A DNA stretch of 64,000 nucleotides from an uncultured delta proteobacterium (GCA_963842085.1 CAWJET010000002.1:800001-864000); one strand, 5' to 3'; shown: positions 9,500 to 19,060, counted from the stretch's first letter. Made by a program: numbers and translations. Notes: generated by a model not told the origin, from the sequence alone.

Positions 9500-12341
9500 A
9501 TGACTCAGGCCGGCACGGCAACCCTGCTGTTCACCGATCTGGTGAACTCGACCGAGCTTCTCAGCCGGGCCGGCGACGAGCGCGCCCAGCAGATTTTCAG
9601 GGCCCATCACAAGCTGCTGAGCGATGCGGTCGTGGCGCACGGTGGCCACGAGGTCAAGTGGCTCGGCGACGGATTGATGGTTGCGTTCCCATCGGCGGCC
9701 GACGCGGTGCGCTGCGCGATCGCGATGCAACAGAGCGGACGGCGTCCCTTGGCGGGAGCGCGCTTGGGCTTGCGCGCCGGACTGCACGTCGGAGAAGCGC
9801 TGCGCGATGAAGCCGACTACTTCGGGACTGCGGTAGTAGTGGCGCGGCGGCTGTGTGAGCGCGCCGCCGCGGGCCAAATCATCGCGAGCTCGCTGGTGTC
9901 GGGGCTGCTTGCAGGACGTGAGAACTTCAGCTTCCGCGACCTAGGCGCCCTTGAGTTGAAAGGATTCGCGGTACCTGTCCCTGCGTGCGAGGTGCTCTAC
10001 GAGCACGACGAGCCAACCGCGATCCTGCGCCAGATGCCGTTCGTCGGACGCGCGGGCCAGATGGCCCGGCTGGAACACAAGCTTGCAGATGTACGCGCCG
10101 GACGCGGCGGTCTGGTGATGGTCGTTGGCGAGCCGGGTATCGGCAAGACCCGCACGCTCGAGGAATTCGCCGCAAACTCCCGCGCACACGGCGCGCTGGT
10201 GCTGTGGGGGCGCTGTTACGAGGGCGAATGGGCGCCGCCTTACCGCCCCTTTGCGGAGGCGATAACTGAGTACGCGCGCGCCGCCGACACGGAACATCTG
10301 CGCCGTGAGCTCGCTTATGGAGGACCGCCGCTGGCGCGGCTCGTTCCGATCATCCGCGAGCGCATCGCGGACCTCGGCGAACCAGCGCCGCTCCAACCAG
10401 AGGAGGAGCGCTTCCGACTACTCGACGCGGTTTCGCAACTTCTCATCGCCGTGTCCGCACGCACACCATTGGTCCTCGTGCTGGACGATTTGCATTGGGC
10501 GGATCGCGGGACGATCGCGATGCTGCGTCATGTCGCACGCTTCATCGCCCACAATCGTATTTTGGTGATTGGCGCTTACCGCGACGTCGAGCTCGACCGC
10601 CAGCATCCGCTCTCCGACGCGCTCGCCGCGCTCAGGCGCGAGGCCGAATACGAACGTATCAACCTCAAAGGGCTCGACAGTCGCGAGGTCGGAGAACTGC
10701 TCCAGACGGTCACCGACCAGGACGTGCCCGAGCCATTGGTCAAAGCGATCGACGCGGAAACGGAGGGCAACCCGTTCTTCATCCGCGAAGTGCTGTTGCA
10801 TCTGATCGAGGAAGGGAAGATCTCCCGCCAGGACGGCCGCTGGAGGTCGGACCTGGCAATCGAGGAGTTGGGCATTCCCGAGGGCGTGCGGCAGGTGATC
10901 GGACGGCGATTGTCGCGGCTCTCCGACGAGGCGAATCGCGTACTGGCGGCGGCGTCTGCATTCAACGGCGCCTTCCACTTCGGAATCGCCGCGAAAGTAG
11001 CGGGCCTTGACGAGGGCGCGGCCTTGAAGGCGGTGGACGCGGCGCTAGATGCGCAACTGATCCGCCCCGGTACCGAGGCCGACAGTTACGATTTCACCCA
11101 CGCGCTTATCCGCCACACCCTGTACGGCGAAATGAACCCATCCAGGCAGGTCCGGACCCATCGGCAGATCGCGGAGGCTATGGAGGAGTTCTGGGGCGCG
11201 CGAGTTGCTGAGCATGCGGCCGAGGTGGCCTATCAATATTCGCGCAGCGCGGCGCTTCCGGGCGCCGAGCGCGGCGCGGTTCACGCGATCGCGGCCGCGG
11301 ATCGGGCGGAGGCTGCCTATGCCCATGATGATGTCGCCGCCTTCTTCAAAATCGCGCTCGAGCTGTTGCCGCAAACGGACTCGCGGCGGCCGCGCGTGCT
11401 CGGTCGCCTCGGACTTACGCTCGCATGGATGCTGGAATCCGAGGAGGCTCTGAAGATCGCCGGCCAGGCGGGAGATCTAATCGCAGCTTCGGAAGGAAAC
11501 GCGGCAGCAGCCAACTATCTTGCGGAGGCTACGGAAGCGATGGGTCAGGCGGGGTTCTTCCGTGAAGCTGGCGCTCTGGCGGTTCAAGGGCTTCGATACA
11601 CGGGTGATCGCCGAGACAACACCTGGGCAATATTGACGGCGCGGGACCTGACACGCGAGGAGTCCGAGAGCCCTGACTACATGGGACTCCCATTGGACTC
11701 GCCTCGCCGGCGGGAGTTGTACGAGTTTGTACGCAACCGAAGAGCGGAGGCCATGCACTTTTACGGCCTTATGGCGTTCCGATCCCGCGATGAAGTTCTG
11801 GCCGGTGCCGCCGCCGATTCCATTGATTCCACCAGCCTCCCTTGGGCGCTAACCTTCGCCGCCGGCGAATACCGCCGCGCCTTGCCGCTCTGGCAAGAGC
11901 GAGCCGCTCGCAGCGAGAGGCAGGGACGAATTGCCGTGGCCGTCGAGGGCTGGGCGCAGGCCGCGCGCTGCCTCAATGCGCTCGGCGATCTCGCGGCGGC
12001 GCGGGCAGCCTACCAGAAGGAGAGAACCGCGGGCTCACGGCTGACCACCACATCTACGCAGGTTCTGCAGCTCCTAACTGCAAGAGATGAGATGTGGCTG
12101 GCGCTGGACGAGAACTGGGAGAAGGCCATCGCGCCATATGAATCGGGCGCTGAAGAGGGCGTCGAGGTCACTTGGTTCTTGGCAGCATTCCGAGCCGCCC
12201 GCGCCCGCATCTACGCGCATCTGGGAAGGGAGAAGCAAGCGCTCGACTTGTTGAACATGGTCATCGCGCCGCTCGAGCGAGCGCCGGGTTGGGCCCCGAA
12301 TTACACCCGGACCGCTTGCGACGCGGCCTCGACGCTCTGGA
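9500..12341 (+). pseudogene. class III adenylate/guanylate cyclase fused to STAND/AAA ATPase, truncated by IS3
   Basis: TLLFTDLVNST, EVKWLGDG, Walker A GEPGIGKT, Walker B LVLDD, GNPFF; reading frame runs into the IS IR at 12342. Confidence 0.85.
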
Positions 12342-12455
12342 TGGAGCTGCCCCGTTTCGGTGGACGGTTTAGGGCTTGGTTTTAGTTCATTGGTTTTGTC
12401 TCGTCGAGAGTTCCGTTTTGATGTTCATCTGGTACCAGCTTTTCGGCCCCAGCCC

Positions 12456-13436
12456 TCACCGATTGGGGCTGGGGCCGGAAAGCGTTATGGAATCTTGATC
12501 CGAGAGCGCGGCGCCGTGCAGCGCGCCGGCCGCCGCGTTGTTCGGCGGCCAAGCGGTGCGCAGAGCGGTCGAGCTCCGCATGCTTTGATTCGGTTCGGCC
12601 CGATAGATTTGTTCGTACTCGAGCGGCGAACGATAGCCGAGGGCGGAGTGGCGGCGGTGCGGATTGTACCAGCCCTCGATGAAGTCGAAGATCGCCATCC
12701 TCGCCTCGACCTGGGTTTTGAAACGGTGGCGGTCGAGCAGCTCGCATTCCAGGGTGGCGAAAAAGCTTTCGCACATCGCGTTGTCGAAACAGTCGCCTAC
12801 CGAACCCATCGAGGCACGCACTCCTGCCTCACGGCAACGCATGCCGAACGCGATCGAGGTGTATTGGGTGCCCTGGTCGGAATGATGGATTACCGTGGTC
12901 GGCCGGCGCTGCCCGAGCGCCATATTGAGCGCTGCCAACACCAGCTCGGTGCGCAGATGATTCTCCATCGCCCACCCAATCACGCGGCGGCTAAACGCGT
13001 CGAGGACAACCGCCAGGTACAGAAAGCCGGCCCAGGTTGGAACATAGGTGATATCGGCGACCCACAGCTGATTGGGCGCCGCCGCGGTGAAGTTACGCTC
13101 GACCAGATCCGGCGCCGGTCGCGCGGCGCGATCGCGAACCGTGGTGGTGATCCACTTGCGCCGGCTGACTCCGTGAAGTCCCGCCGCGCGCATCAGCCGC
13201 GCCACCCGCTTACGTCCGACCGCGATGCCGTCGGCTAACAGCTCGGCATGAATGCGCGGAGCGCCATAGCTGGTGCGCGACCGTTCATGAATCGCGCGAA
13301 TGCGCGCCGTCAATTGCGCGTCGGCCCGAGCCCACGCCGACCGCGGTCGTCTTAGCCACGCCCAGTAGCCGCTGGTGGAGACCTCCAGCACCCGGCACAT
13401 CGTGGCGATTGCGTACATGGCCTGATTCGCGCTCAC
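12456..13436 (-). CDS. IS3 OrfB transposase
   Basis: WVADITY, HSDQGTQY, DNAMCESFF; GTG start overlaps orfA TGA. Confidence 0.92.
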   Translation of the reverse strand: MSANQAMYAIATMCRVLEVSTSGYWAWLRRPRSAWARADAQLTARIRAIHERSRTSYGAPRIHAELLADGIAVGRKRVARLMRAAGLHGVSRRKWITTTVRDRAARPAPDLVERNFTAAAPNQLWVADITYVPTWAGFLYLAVVLDAFSRRVIGWAMENHLRTELVLAALNMALGQRRPTTVIHHSDQGTQYTSIAFGMRCREAGVRASMGSVGDCFDNAMCESFFATLECELLDRHRFKTQVEARMAIFDFIEGWYNPHRRHSALGYRSPLEYEQIYRAEPNQSMRSSTALRTAWPPNNAAAGALHGAALSDQDSITLSGPSPNR

Positions 13437-13747
13437 GAATTGGAACGCCGTGACGGCACTGAGCCGGTCTCCGTGGCGAACCAGGCCGCGGCTTTTGATA
13501 GGATCTCACGCTCTTCGCGCAAAATCCGGTTCTCGCGCCGCAGTCGGCTCAATTCCTCGCGCTCACTTGTGGTCAGGCCATCGTTTCTCACTCCTTCATC
13601 CAGCTCTGCCTGTCTCACCCACTGCCGAATCGACTCTAACGTCGGCTCAAACTCTCGCGCCAATTCCGTCAGCGGCCGGCCTGCGCGCGCCAGTTCGACT
13701 ATCCGCCGCCGATACTCAGCCGGGTATGGTGGATGTGTCTTGGCCAT
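13433..13747 (-). CDS. IS3 OrfA
   Basis: HTH then leucine zipper (EELSRLRRENRILREEREIL); AAAAG candidate -1 frameshift motif near 13492-13496 on minus strand. Confidence 0.9.
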   Translation of the reverse strand: MAKTHPPYPAEYRRRIVELARAGRPLTELAREFEPTLESIRQWVRQAELDEGVRNDGLTTSEREELSRLRRENRILREEREILSKAAAWFATETGSVPSRRSNS

Positions 13748-13804
13748 CGTCTTTCCTCCCTCACTCTCTTCCCCAACACACTCCACGAAACCGGGTCAAC
13801 TCCA

Positions 13805-14830
13805 GAGTATCACACCCGGCCGCTTCGACAGCGGCTTCTCGGCGAGCGTCACCGCGACGGCGTTCTCCGAGATGTAGGCGAGCACGCGGCTGGTGTCCCA
13901 TCCCTCGGCCAGCGCGTCGGCGAGGTCCCAGCCCTTCGCCCACGCGGGGTTGAACCTGACGATCTCGGGGCGCAGACCGACCTCGCGGAAGTACTCCTCG
14001 AGCAGGAACATCGCCTTGCGGCCCTCGGCGTCGGCGTCCGGCCAGAGCACGAGCCGGGGCCGGTTCTCGCCGGCCCCGCGATTCAGGATCGGCCCCCAGT
14101 CGGTGAACTTCGGGCCGATGCGCCTCACGCCGCCGGCCCAGGTGACGCAAATCCAGTCGGGGAGCAGCTGGCGCGCGGCGTCGGCGGTCTTTTCTCCTTC
14201 GACGATGATTAGGGGCGCGTCGTCGCTGAGGGCCAGCAGTTCGAGGCCGTACAGCGGCCGCGGCGCCGGCAGGTCGCGCCAGCGCCACTCCGTCGCGCCG
14301 GTCTGCATGTTCTGGCAGAAGGTCAGCGGCAGCACGTCCTTCGAGCCGTCGGGACGGTCGAACCGGACGCGCCAGCACAGGGGCACGCCGTCCGCGTTCA
14401 GGTAGCACCACATCGCAGTCGGCGCGGCGTCGCCCATGCGGCTCGGGGGCAGGACCGGGAAGTCCTCGGCCGTCATCGGCGCGTAGTCGGGGATCGTGGC
14501 CATCGGGACCCACGGGTTCTGGGTGACGCCGAGCGGCCGGTTCAGGCCGAGCAGGATGCCGAGCTCCTTGCCCGCGTCCTTGTAGGAGAGCTTGTTTATC
14601 GCGGCGAACAGCGAGATCGCGTCGTTGCCGCTGACGCCGGCGCGGGCGAAGTCCGCCCAGGCGCTGGTCCTGATGTTGACCTTGAGCGAGTTGCCCGGCT
14701 CGCCCGCGACGGAGCCGGCGACGAACTCGTTGCCCTCGATCCGGCCGCCGGGAAGCCACTCCTGAAGCAGCGCGGGATAGCGCGCGAGCGCTTCGCGCCG
14801 GATGAGCTCGAACCACTCTCTAGCCGACAT
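13805..14830 (-). pseudogene. phage/satellite-type Toprim DNA primase, C-terminally truncated by IS3
   Basis: RPLYG, IIVEGEKTADA, WPDADAEG, KGWDLADA Toprim motifs; no helicase domain before the IS end. Confidence 0.8.
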
Positions 14831-14880
14831 CGTGCAACCCCTCTGTCGCCATCTGCGGCCATCTCGCTCTCAGTGAGTTA

Positions 14881-15075
14881 TCACCGCGCCGCCTCGCCGA
14901 CCTTCTTCTCAAGCGCCTCGCGCGCCATCGCTTCAAGCGCTTCCCTCGGAATCCGAATCGCGTTGCCAAACTTTCTCGACGGGACAACGCCCCGGCGCAC
15001 TAGGATGTACGCCATGCTGCGCGAAATCTGCGCCTGCTCGGCGAATTCGCGGACCCGAAGAAAAACCGTCTCCAT
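14881..15075 (-). CDS. excisionase/AlpA-like HTH protein
   Basis: 64 aa, FLRVREFAEQAQISRSMAY...KFGNAIRIPR HTH_17-like pattern; GAGG RBS. Confidence 0.8.
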   Translation of the reverse strand: METVFLRVREFAEQAQISRSMAYILVRRGVVPSRKFGNAIRIPREALEAMAREALEKKVGEAAR

Positions 15076-15288
15076 GGGGAACCTCGCTTAGTTACTATTT
15101 GCGATCTTGTAGGGAGGGCTGCATACCGTCAAGCCCCTTATCGCACAAACCCGCCCTCATTCGTCGAAGTTCATCGCGAACATCCCGTTGACATAGCAGA
15201 TTTCCATTGACGTTGAAGGGGTATTGCGTCTAACGGCGGTCCAATTTACAATTAGCCGTAGTTATTTCTGCTGAAGGCCTTAATCCTT

Positions 15289-16062
15289 ATGACAAATCAG
15301 TGGCTGTCCAGTGTCTGGCGAGATGCCGTCCGGCGCTGCGGTCAGAGACCCGACGAACGGGCCGACGCCCTGCTCCGTCTGCTGCAGCGCAAAGGCTTGG
15401 ATTCGCTGAAGGGGGCCGCTCTCGACGCGGCGCTCGCCGACCTCGCCCTGATATGCGTGGTGGGCGGTCGCTACCACCTGCCCGAAGGCCTCGCTGTCCA
15501 GCCCGAGGTCACAGGGCCGCAGGTGGCCGAATTCGCCGACATGACGATGTGGCGGCTGCGCGACCTGCTCAAAAACCGACGGGTACATGTCCCGGTGTCC
15601 CAGATCACGTTAGAGATCGGCTGGAAGGAATCACAAGAGCGCCTAGGGACAATCGTTTTTTGGGCCCGCGACTTCTTGGGGACTTGCAGCCTGGGCGCAT
15701 GGCAACTGCTGGCGGACCATTTGGGCCGGATCCAGACGTGTCAACGGCCTAAGTGCGGCAACTTGTTCGTGGTCCGTAGGCGCAAGGTCTACTGCTCGCC
15801 CCAGTGCGCCGCTAGGGTTCACGTTAAGCGGTTCCTCGACAGTCTAGGACCCGAGGAGCGCGGCTTCATTCGCAGAGCGACTTATCTCCGTCAGCTGCTG
15901 AAACGCGATCGCGTGCATGCTGAGCACTACCTCGCTCGCCTGATGCGCAAGGATCAGAAGACCGCGAGCCGGCTCGCGAAGGAAGTAATTGAAGGGAAAG
16001 CACGGCGACGCTCAACCGTCGTCAAAAAGAGAGGCCACAGAGATGTCAAGATTCAAGGGTGA
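15289..16062 (+). CDS. CGNR-like zinc-finger protein
   Basis: CQRPKC...YCSPQC four-Cys motif then a basic helix; overlaps integrase start. Confidence 0.6.
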   Translation: MTNQWLSSVWRDAVRRCGQRPDERADALLRLLQRKGLDSLKGAALDAALADLALICVVGGRYHLPEGLAVQPEVTGPQVAEFADMTMWRLRDLLKNRRVHVPVSQITLEIGWKESQERLGTIVFWARDFLGTCSLGAWQLLADHLGRIQTCQRPKCGNLFVVRRRKVYCSPQCAARVHVKRFLDSLGPEERGFIRRATYLRQLLKRDRVHAEHYLARLMRKDQKTASRLAKEVIEGKARRRSTVVKKRGHRDVKIQG

Positions 16063-17194
16063 AGGAACAATTTTCCGGCGCCGCGACGGGCGGTGGTGTG
16101 CCCGCATTGACCTCGGTTGGGTCAACGGTAGGCGCAAGCAGAAGTTCTTCTACGCCCACAACCGCGCCGCCGCTGCCGACCTGCTCGTCGAGGCGTTGCA
16201 CAAGCGCAAACAGGGCGAGACGATTCCGACCAATCGCACCACACTCGGCCGATTTATGCAGGGCTGGCTCGAAACGGTCAAAGCAACGCGCAGGCCGCGC
16301 ACCCATCAGCAATATGAGATGCTCAACCGGCTGCACGTCGAGCCAGCTCTCGGGCAAATGCAACTAACGCGGCTGGACGCGCAAGCGGTGCAAGCATTGC
16401 TTGACGCGAAGGTCAAACAGGGTCTCTCCCCTGGCACGGTGCGGCACGTGCGAACCCTGCTACGGCGAGCGCTCAACGTTGCGCTAAAGCGCAAACTCGT
16501 ATCGCTCAACGTGGCCGCGCTCGCTGACGAACTGCCCCCGCGCCGAAAGCCAGAGATCAAACCCCTCACCGAAGAGCAGGTTCGAAGCCTGCTTGTCGCC
16601 GCCCGCGAGCACTATCCACGCTGGGAGGCACTATTCGCGCTCGCTGTCCGCCTCGGTTTGCGGCGCGGTGAACTGGCGGCCCTACGCTGGGACGATGTAA
16701 ATCTCGAACGTCGCGAACTCCGGGTAGCGCAGTCCCTGCAACGCGTCCCCGGCCAGCCGCTCACGAGCGCCGAGCCGAAGACGCAGGGGGCGCGGCGGGT
16801 CATCGTGATGCCGAAGGAGATTATCAAACTCTTGCGCGTCCACCGCGCACGTCAGGCGCAAGAGCGCCTGGTCGCGGGCTCGGAGTGGAACGACAGCGGC
16901 TTGATCTTCGCGAACACAATCGGCAAGCCGCAGGAACCAAGGAGGATCAACACGGTTTTCGACAACCTCAAGAAGAAGGCAGGGCTTCCGGCCTCGACGC
17001 GGGTTCACGACCTCCGACATACCGCCGGAGTGCGCCTGCTCGAACACAAAGTGGCCCTCTACGACGTAAGCCAACTGCTAGGTCATTCTTCGATCGCGAT
17101 CACCGCGGACGTCTACGCGCACTGGACACCGAAGATGCAACGCGACCTCGCCGACCGCATCGACACCATAGCCAACGCCGAGCTGCATCCGTAG
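16043..17194 (+). CDS. tyrosine integrase (phage/ICE type)
   Basis: GEGTIFRRRDGRW arm-binding N-terminus, GLRRGEL, HDLRH, LGHS, Y nucleophile (DVYAH). Confidence 0.93.
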   Translation: MSRFKGEGTIFRRRDGRWCARIDLGWVNGRRKQKFFYAHNRAAAADLLVEALHKRKQGETIPTNRTTLGRFMQGWLETVKATRRPRTHQQYEMLNRLHVEPALGQMQLTRLDAQAVQALLDAKVKQGLSPGTVRHVRTLLRRALNVALKRKLVSLNVAALADELPPRRKPEIKPLTEEQVRSLLVAAREHYPRWEALFALAVRLGLRRGELAALRWDDVNLERRELRVAQSLQRVPGQPLTSAEPKTQGARRVIVMPKEIIKLLRVHRARQAQERLVAGSEWNDSGLIFANTIGKPQEPRRINTVFDNLKKKAGLPASTRVHDLRHTAGVRLLEHKVALYDVSQLLGHSSIAITADVYAHWTPKMQRDLADRIDTIANAELHP

Positions 17195-17283
17195 CCCGTT
17201 GGAGCTCCTGTCGAACGCTCGGCTGCGCAAGTTTCGCGACAACCCGCGCAAGTCGCGCAACGCCGCAATTCGCGGCCGCAAAC

Positions 17284-17320
17284 GGTGACGGTGACGATCA
17301 GGTGACGATGGTGACGATGA
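17284..17320. repeat. four GGTGACG(AT) direct repeats
   Basis: Copies start at 17284, 17290, 17301, 17310. Confidence 0.8.
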
Positions 17321-17362
17321 TTTCCCTACTCTCGGACCCTGAGGAAAAGAGAAATACACTGC

Positions 17363-17477
17363 TGACACCCATTTGACACCCCAAGGTCGGTCAAAAATCG
17401 TTGACTACCCAACCGCAGAATACGCCATGACACGCGAGCGCGCGTAGGCGGACGGGTTTTGAAAGTGGTGACACGCG
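17363..17477. repeat. putative integrase arm-type sites (TGACACCC x2 at 11-bp period, TGACACGCG x2)
   Basis: Copies at 17363, 17374, 17428, 17469, between int and the att core. Confidence 0.5.
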
Positions 17478-17507
17478 GTATGCAGCGATGGACAGGTAGG
17501 TAGCGAC

Positions 17508-17546
17508 TCCGAAGTCTGATGCTCTATCCAGTTGAGCTACAGGCAG
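17508..17546 (-). tRNA. 5' half only of tRNA-Arg(UCG) (positions 1-38), att-site fragment
   Basis: Minus strand reads CTGCCTG-TA-GCTC-AACTGGATA-GAGC-A-TCAGA-CT-TCG-GA, then non-tRNA sequence instead of TCTGA. Confidence 0.85.
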
Positions 17547-17559
17547 CATACCGCCGGTG

Positions 17560-17603
17560 GTGTAACAGTAGATTTGACACCTCGTCCAAAGATTTGTTAC
17601 ACT
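17560..17603 (+). promoter_or_regulatory. higBA sigma70 promoter with operator inverted repeat
   Basis: TTGACA (17574-79), 18 bp, TGn-TACACT (17598-603); GTGTAACA (17560) / TGTTACAC (17595) inverted repeat. Confidence 0.7.
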
Positions 17604-17611
17604 GAGGTTTG

Positions 17612-17887
17612 GTGATCGCGAGTTTTAAGCACAAGGGTCTCAAGGAAATATTTGAGACCGGCAAGAGTGCAAGGGTGGATCCGCGACTCCATCAACGCTG
17701 CTCTGACCTGCTCGACGCAATAGAGGCGGCCGTGAATCAACAAGATCTTAACCTGCCCGGCTTCAATTTCCATCCGCTAAGGGGCAAGCCCGTCCGGTAC
17801 AGCATGCACGTCAATGGTCCGTGGACGATCACTTTCGAATGGAGCGCTCCGAGAGCCAGTAGAGTCGATTTAGAGCAGTATCACTAG
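17612..17887 (+). CDS. higB: HigB/RelE-family toxin
   Basis: MIASFKHKGLKE...FHPLRG...VNGPWTITF...VDLEQYH. Confidence 0.92.
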   Translation: MIASFKHKGLKEIFETGKSARVDPRLHQRCSDLLDAIEAAVNQQDLNLPGFNFHPLRGKPVRYSMHVNGPWTITFEWSAPRASRVDLEQYH

Positions 17888-17925
17888 CCCGAGGAGGGCA
17901 TGAGAGGCACAAGAGGCAATTATCC

Positions 17926-18261
17926 ATGAAGTCAGATGAACTTGCCGTCGAGCGGGACAAGATTAGGCGCGCGCCGGTGCATCCGGGCGTCTTCTTCGGG
18001 CGCAACATCTTGCCCGAGTTTCGCCGTCAGAATCGTACGATCGGGGAGATTGCCACCCTGCTTGACGTCAGCCGACAGACCTTGCACCGCGTGATGGCCG
18101 GCCAGGGCTCAGTCACTCCCGATATGGCCGCCCGACTAGGCAAGTTGTGCGGCAACGGACCCGATCTGTGGTTGAACATGCAGGCGCGCTATGACGCCTG
18201 GGAGGCGACGCACCGCCTAGCTGGCGAGTTGAAGAAGATTCCGACTCTCAGAGAGGCATGA
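17926..18261 (+). CDS. higA: HigA antitoxin (Xre HTH)
   Basis: PVHPG...VSRQTL...TPDMAARLG...WLNMQARYD. Confidence 0.92.
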   Translation: MKSDELAVERDKIRRAPVHPGVFFGRNILPEFRRQNRTIGEIATLLDVSRQTLHRVMAGQGSVTPDMAARLGKLCGNGPDLWLNMQARYDAWEATHRLAGELKKIPTLREA

Positions 18262-18340
18262 TCGAACCGAAGCCCTCGAACTCGCGGCTGTAGCTCCTCA
18301 TCTACCTTGCCGTTCTTGGAGAGTTGCACCGCCGTCGTGG

Positions 18341-18395
18341 TTGACTCGCACATCCCCGCCATTCATATTAGTGAAACAATGACTGACTGGTCAGT
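18341..18395 (+). promoter_or_regulatory. promoter and TetR operator
   Basis: TTGACT-N17-CATATT followed by palindrome ACTGAC-TG-GTCAGT (18382-18395) just before the tetR ATG. Confidence 0.7.
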
Positions 18396-18397
18396 TT

Positions 18398-19060
18398 ATG
18401 AATAGAACACAAACAAATTCCGCTGGAATTTCCAATGGTCGCCCCTTCCACGTCCACGACGAGCAGGCCGCCAAGCGCGAGCGTATCCTCGGCGCCGCGC
18501 TTAAGCTCTTCGCGCACGAGCCCTACCAAGCCGTCACCATGGACCGCGTGGCGGAGGCCGCCGGGGTGGCCAAGGGCACATTATATCTCTACTTTCCGTC
18601 GAAAGACGCGCTCTACCTCGGCGTTTTGAGCGACGGACTCGACACCGCCTACCGCACCTATCAAAGCAGCGCCGATCCGAAGCTGCCGGTGGTGGAGCGG
18701 CTGCGCCGTTCGATCGCGGTGACGGTTGAGTTTTACGATCAGCGGCGCGATTTCCTTCAGTTTTTCGCAACCGAGGAGCCGCGGCTGTCGGAGGCGCGCA
18801 ATCGCATCATCGAAGGTTCGCGCGAGCGCGGCTTCAACTTCTTCGCCTCGCTGATCGAGGAAGGAATCCGCACCGGCGTGTTCACGCGCGTCGATCCGCG
18901 CCTTGCGACGTTTACGATCCAGGGCGCGATTCGCTCGCTGCTGTTGTACTACGGCCCCGGCCGCCCGGTCTCCGAGCTCAGCCGCGAACTCGGCGACTTG
19001 ATGCTGCGCTCGCTCGGCGCAGACCCGTCGGGTCACTTCAAGCCGGTGCATCCGCAATGA
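18398..19060 (+). CDS. TetR/AcrR transcriptional regulator
   Basis: VTMDRVAEAAGVAKGTLYLYFPSK HTH. Confidence 0.93.
   Translation: MNRTQTNSAGISNGRPFHVHDEQAAKRERILGAALKLFAHEPYQAVTMDRVAEAAGVAKGTLYLYFPSKDALYLGVLSDGLDTAYRTYQSSADPKLPVVERLRRSIAVTVEFYDQRRDFLQFFATEEPRLSEARNRIIEGSRERGFNFFASLIEEGIRTGVFTRVDPRLATFTIQGAIRSLLLYYGPGRPVSELSRELGDLMLRSLGADPSGHFKPVHPQ

Larger units (their letters stand above)
12342..13804 (-). mobile_element. IS3-family insertion sequence (1463 bp)
   Basis: IRs TGGAGCTGCCCCGTTTCGGTGGA / TGGAGTTGACCCGGTTTCGTGGA, orfA/orfB layout. Confidence 0.92.
13805..17514. mobile_element. right part of a satellite/ICE-like integrative element (pri-xis <> Zn-finger-int-att)
   Basis: Gene order plus tRNA fragment 314 bp downstream of int; left part removed at the IS3. 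Confidence 0.7.

Noticed and set aside
17284-17320. Short repeats as a possible CRISPR array
   Set aside because: Units are 6-11 bp with no spacers, and there are no cas genes in the window
17400-17546. tRNA fragment as an intron-containing tRNA
   Set aside because: No 3' exon (TCTGA...TTCGA...CAGGCAG) found downstream on the minus strand; the adjacent integrase explains the break better
17572-17581. ATTTGACACC identical to 17371-17380, suggesting arm sites on both sides (intact attP)
   Set aside because: This copy contains the TTGACA -35 box of the higBA promoter, which is a simpler explanation; not fully excluded
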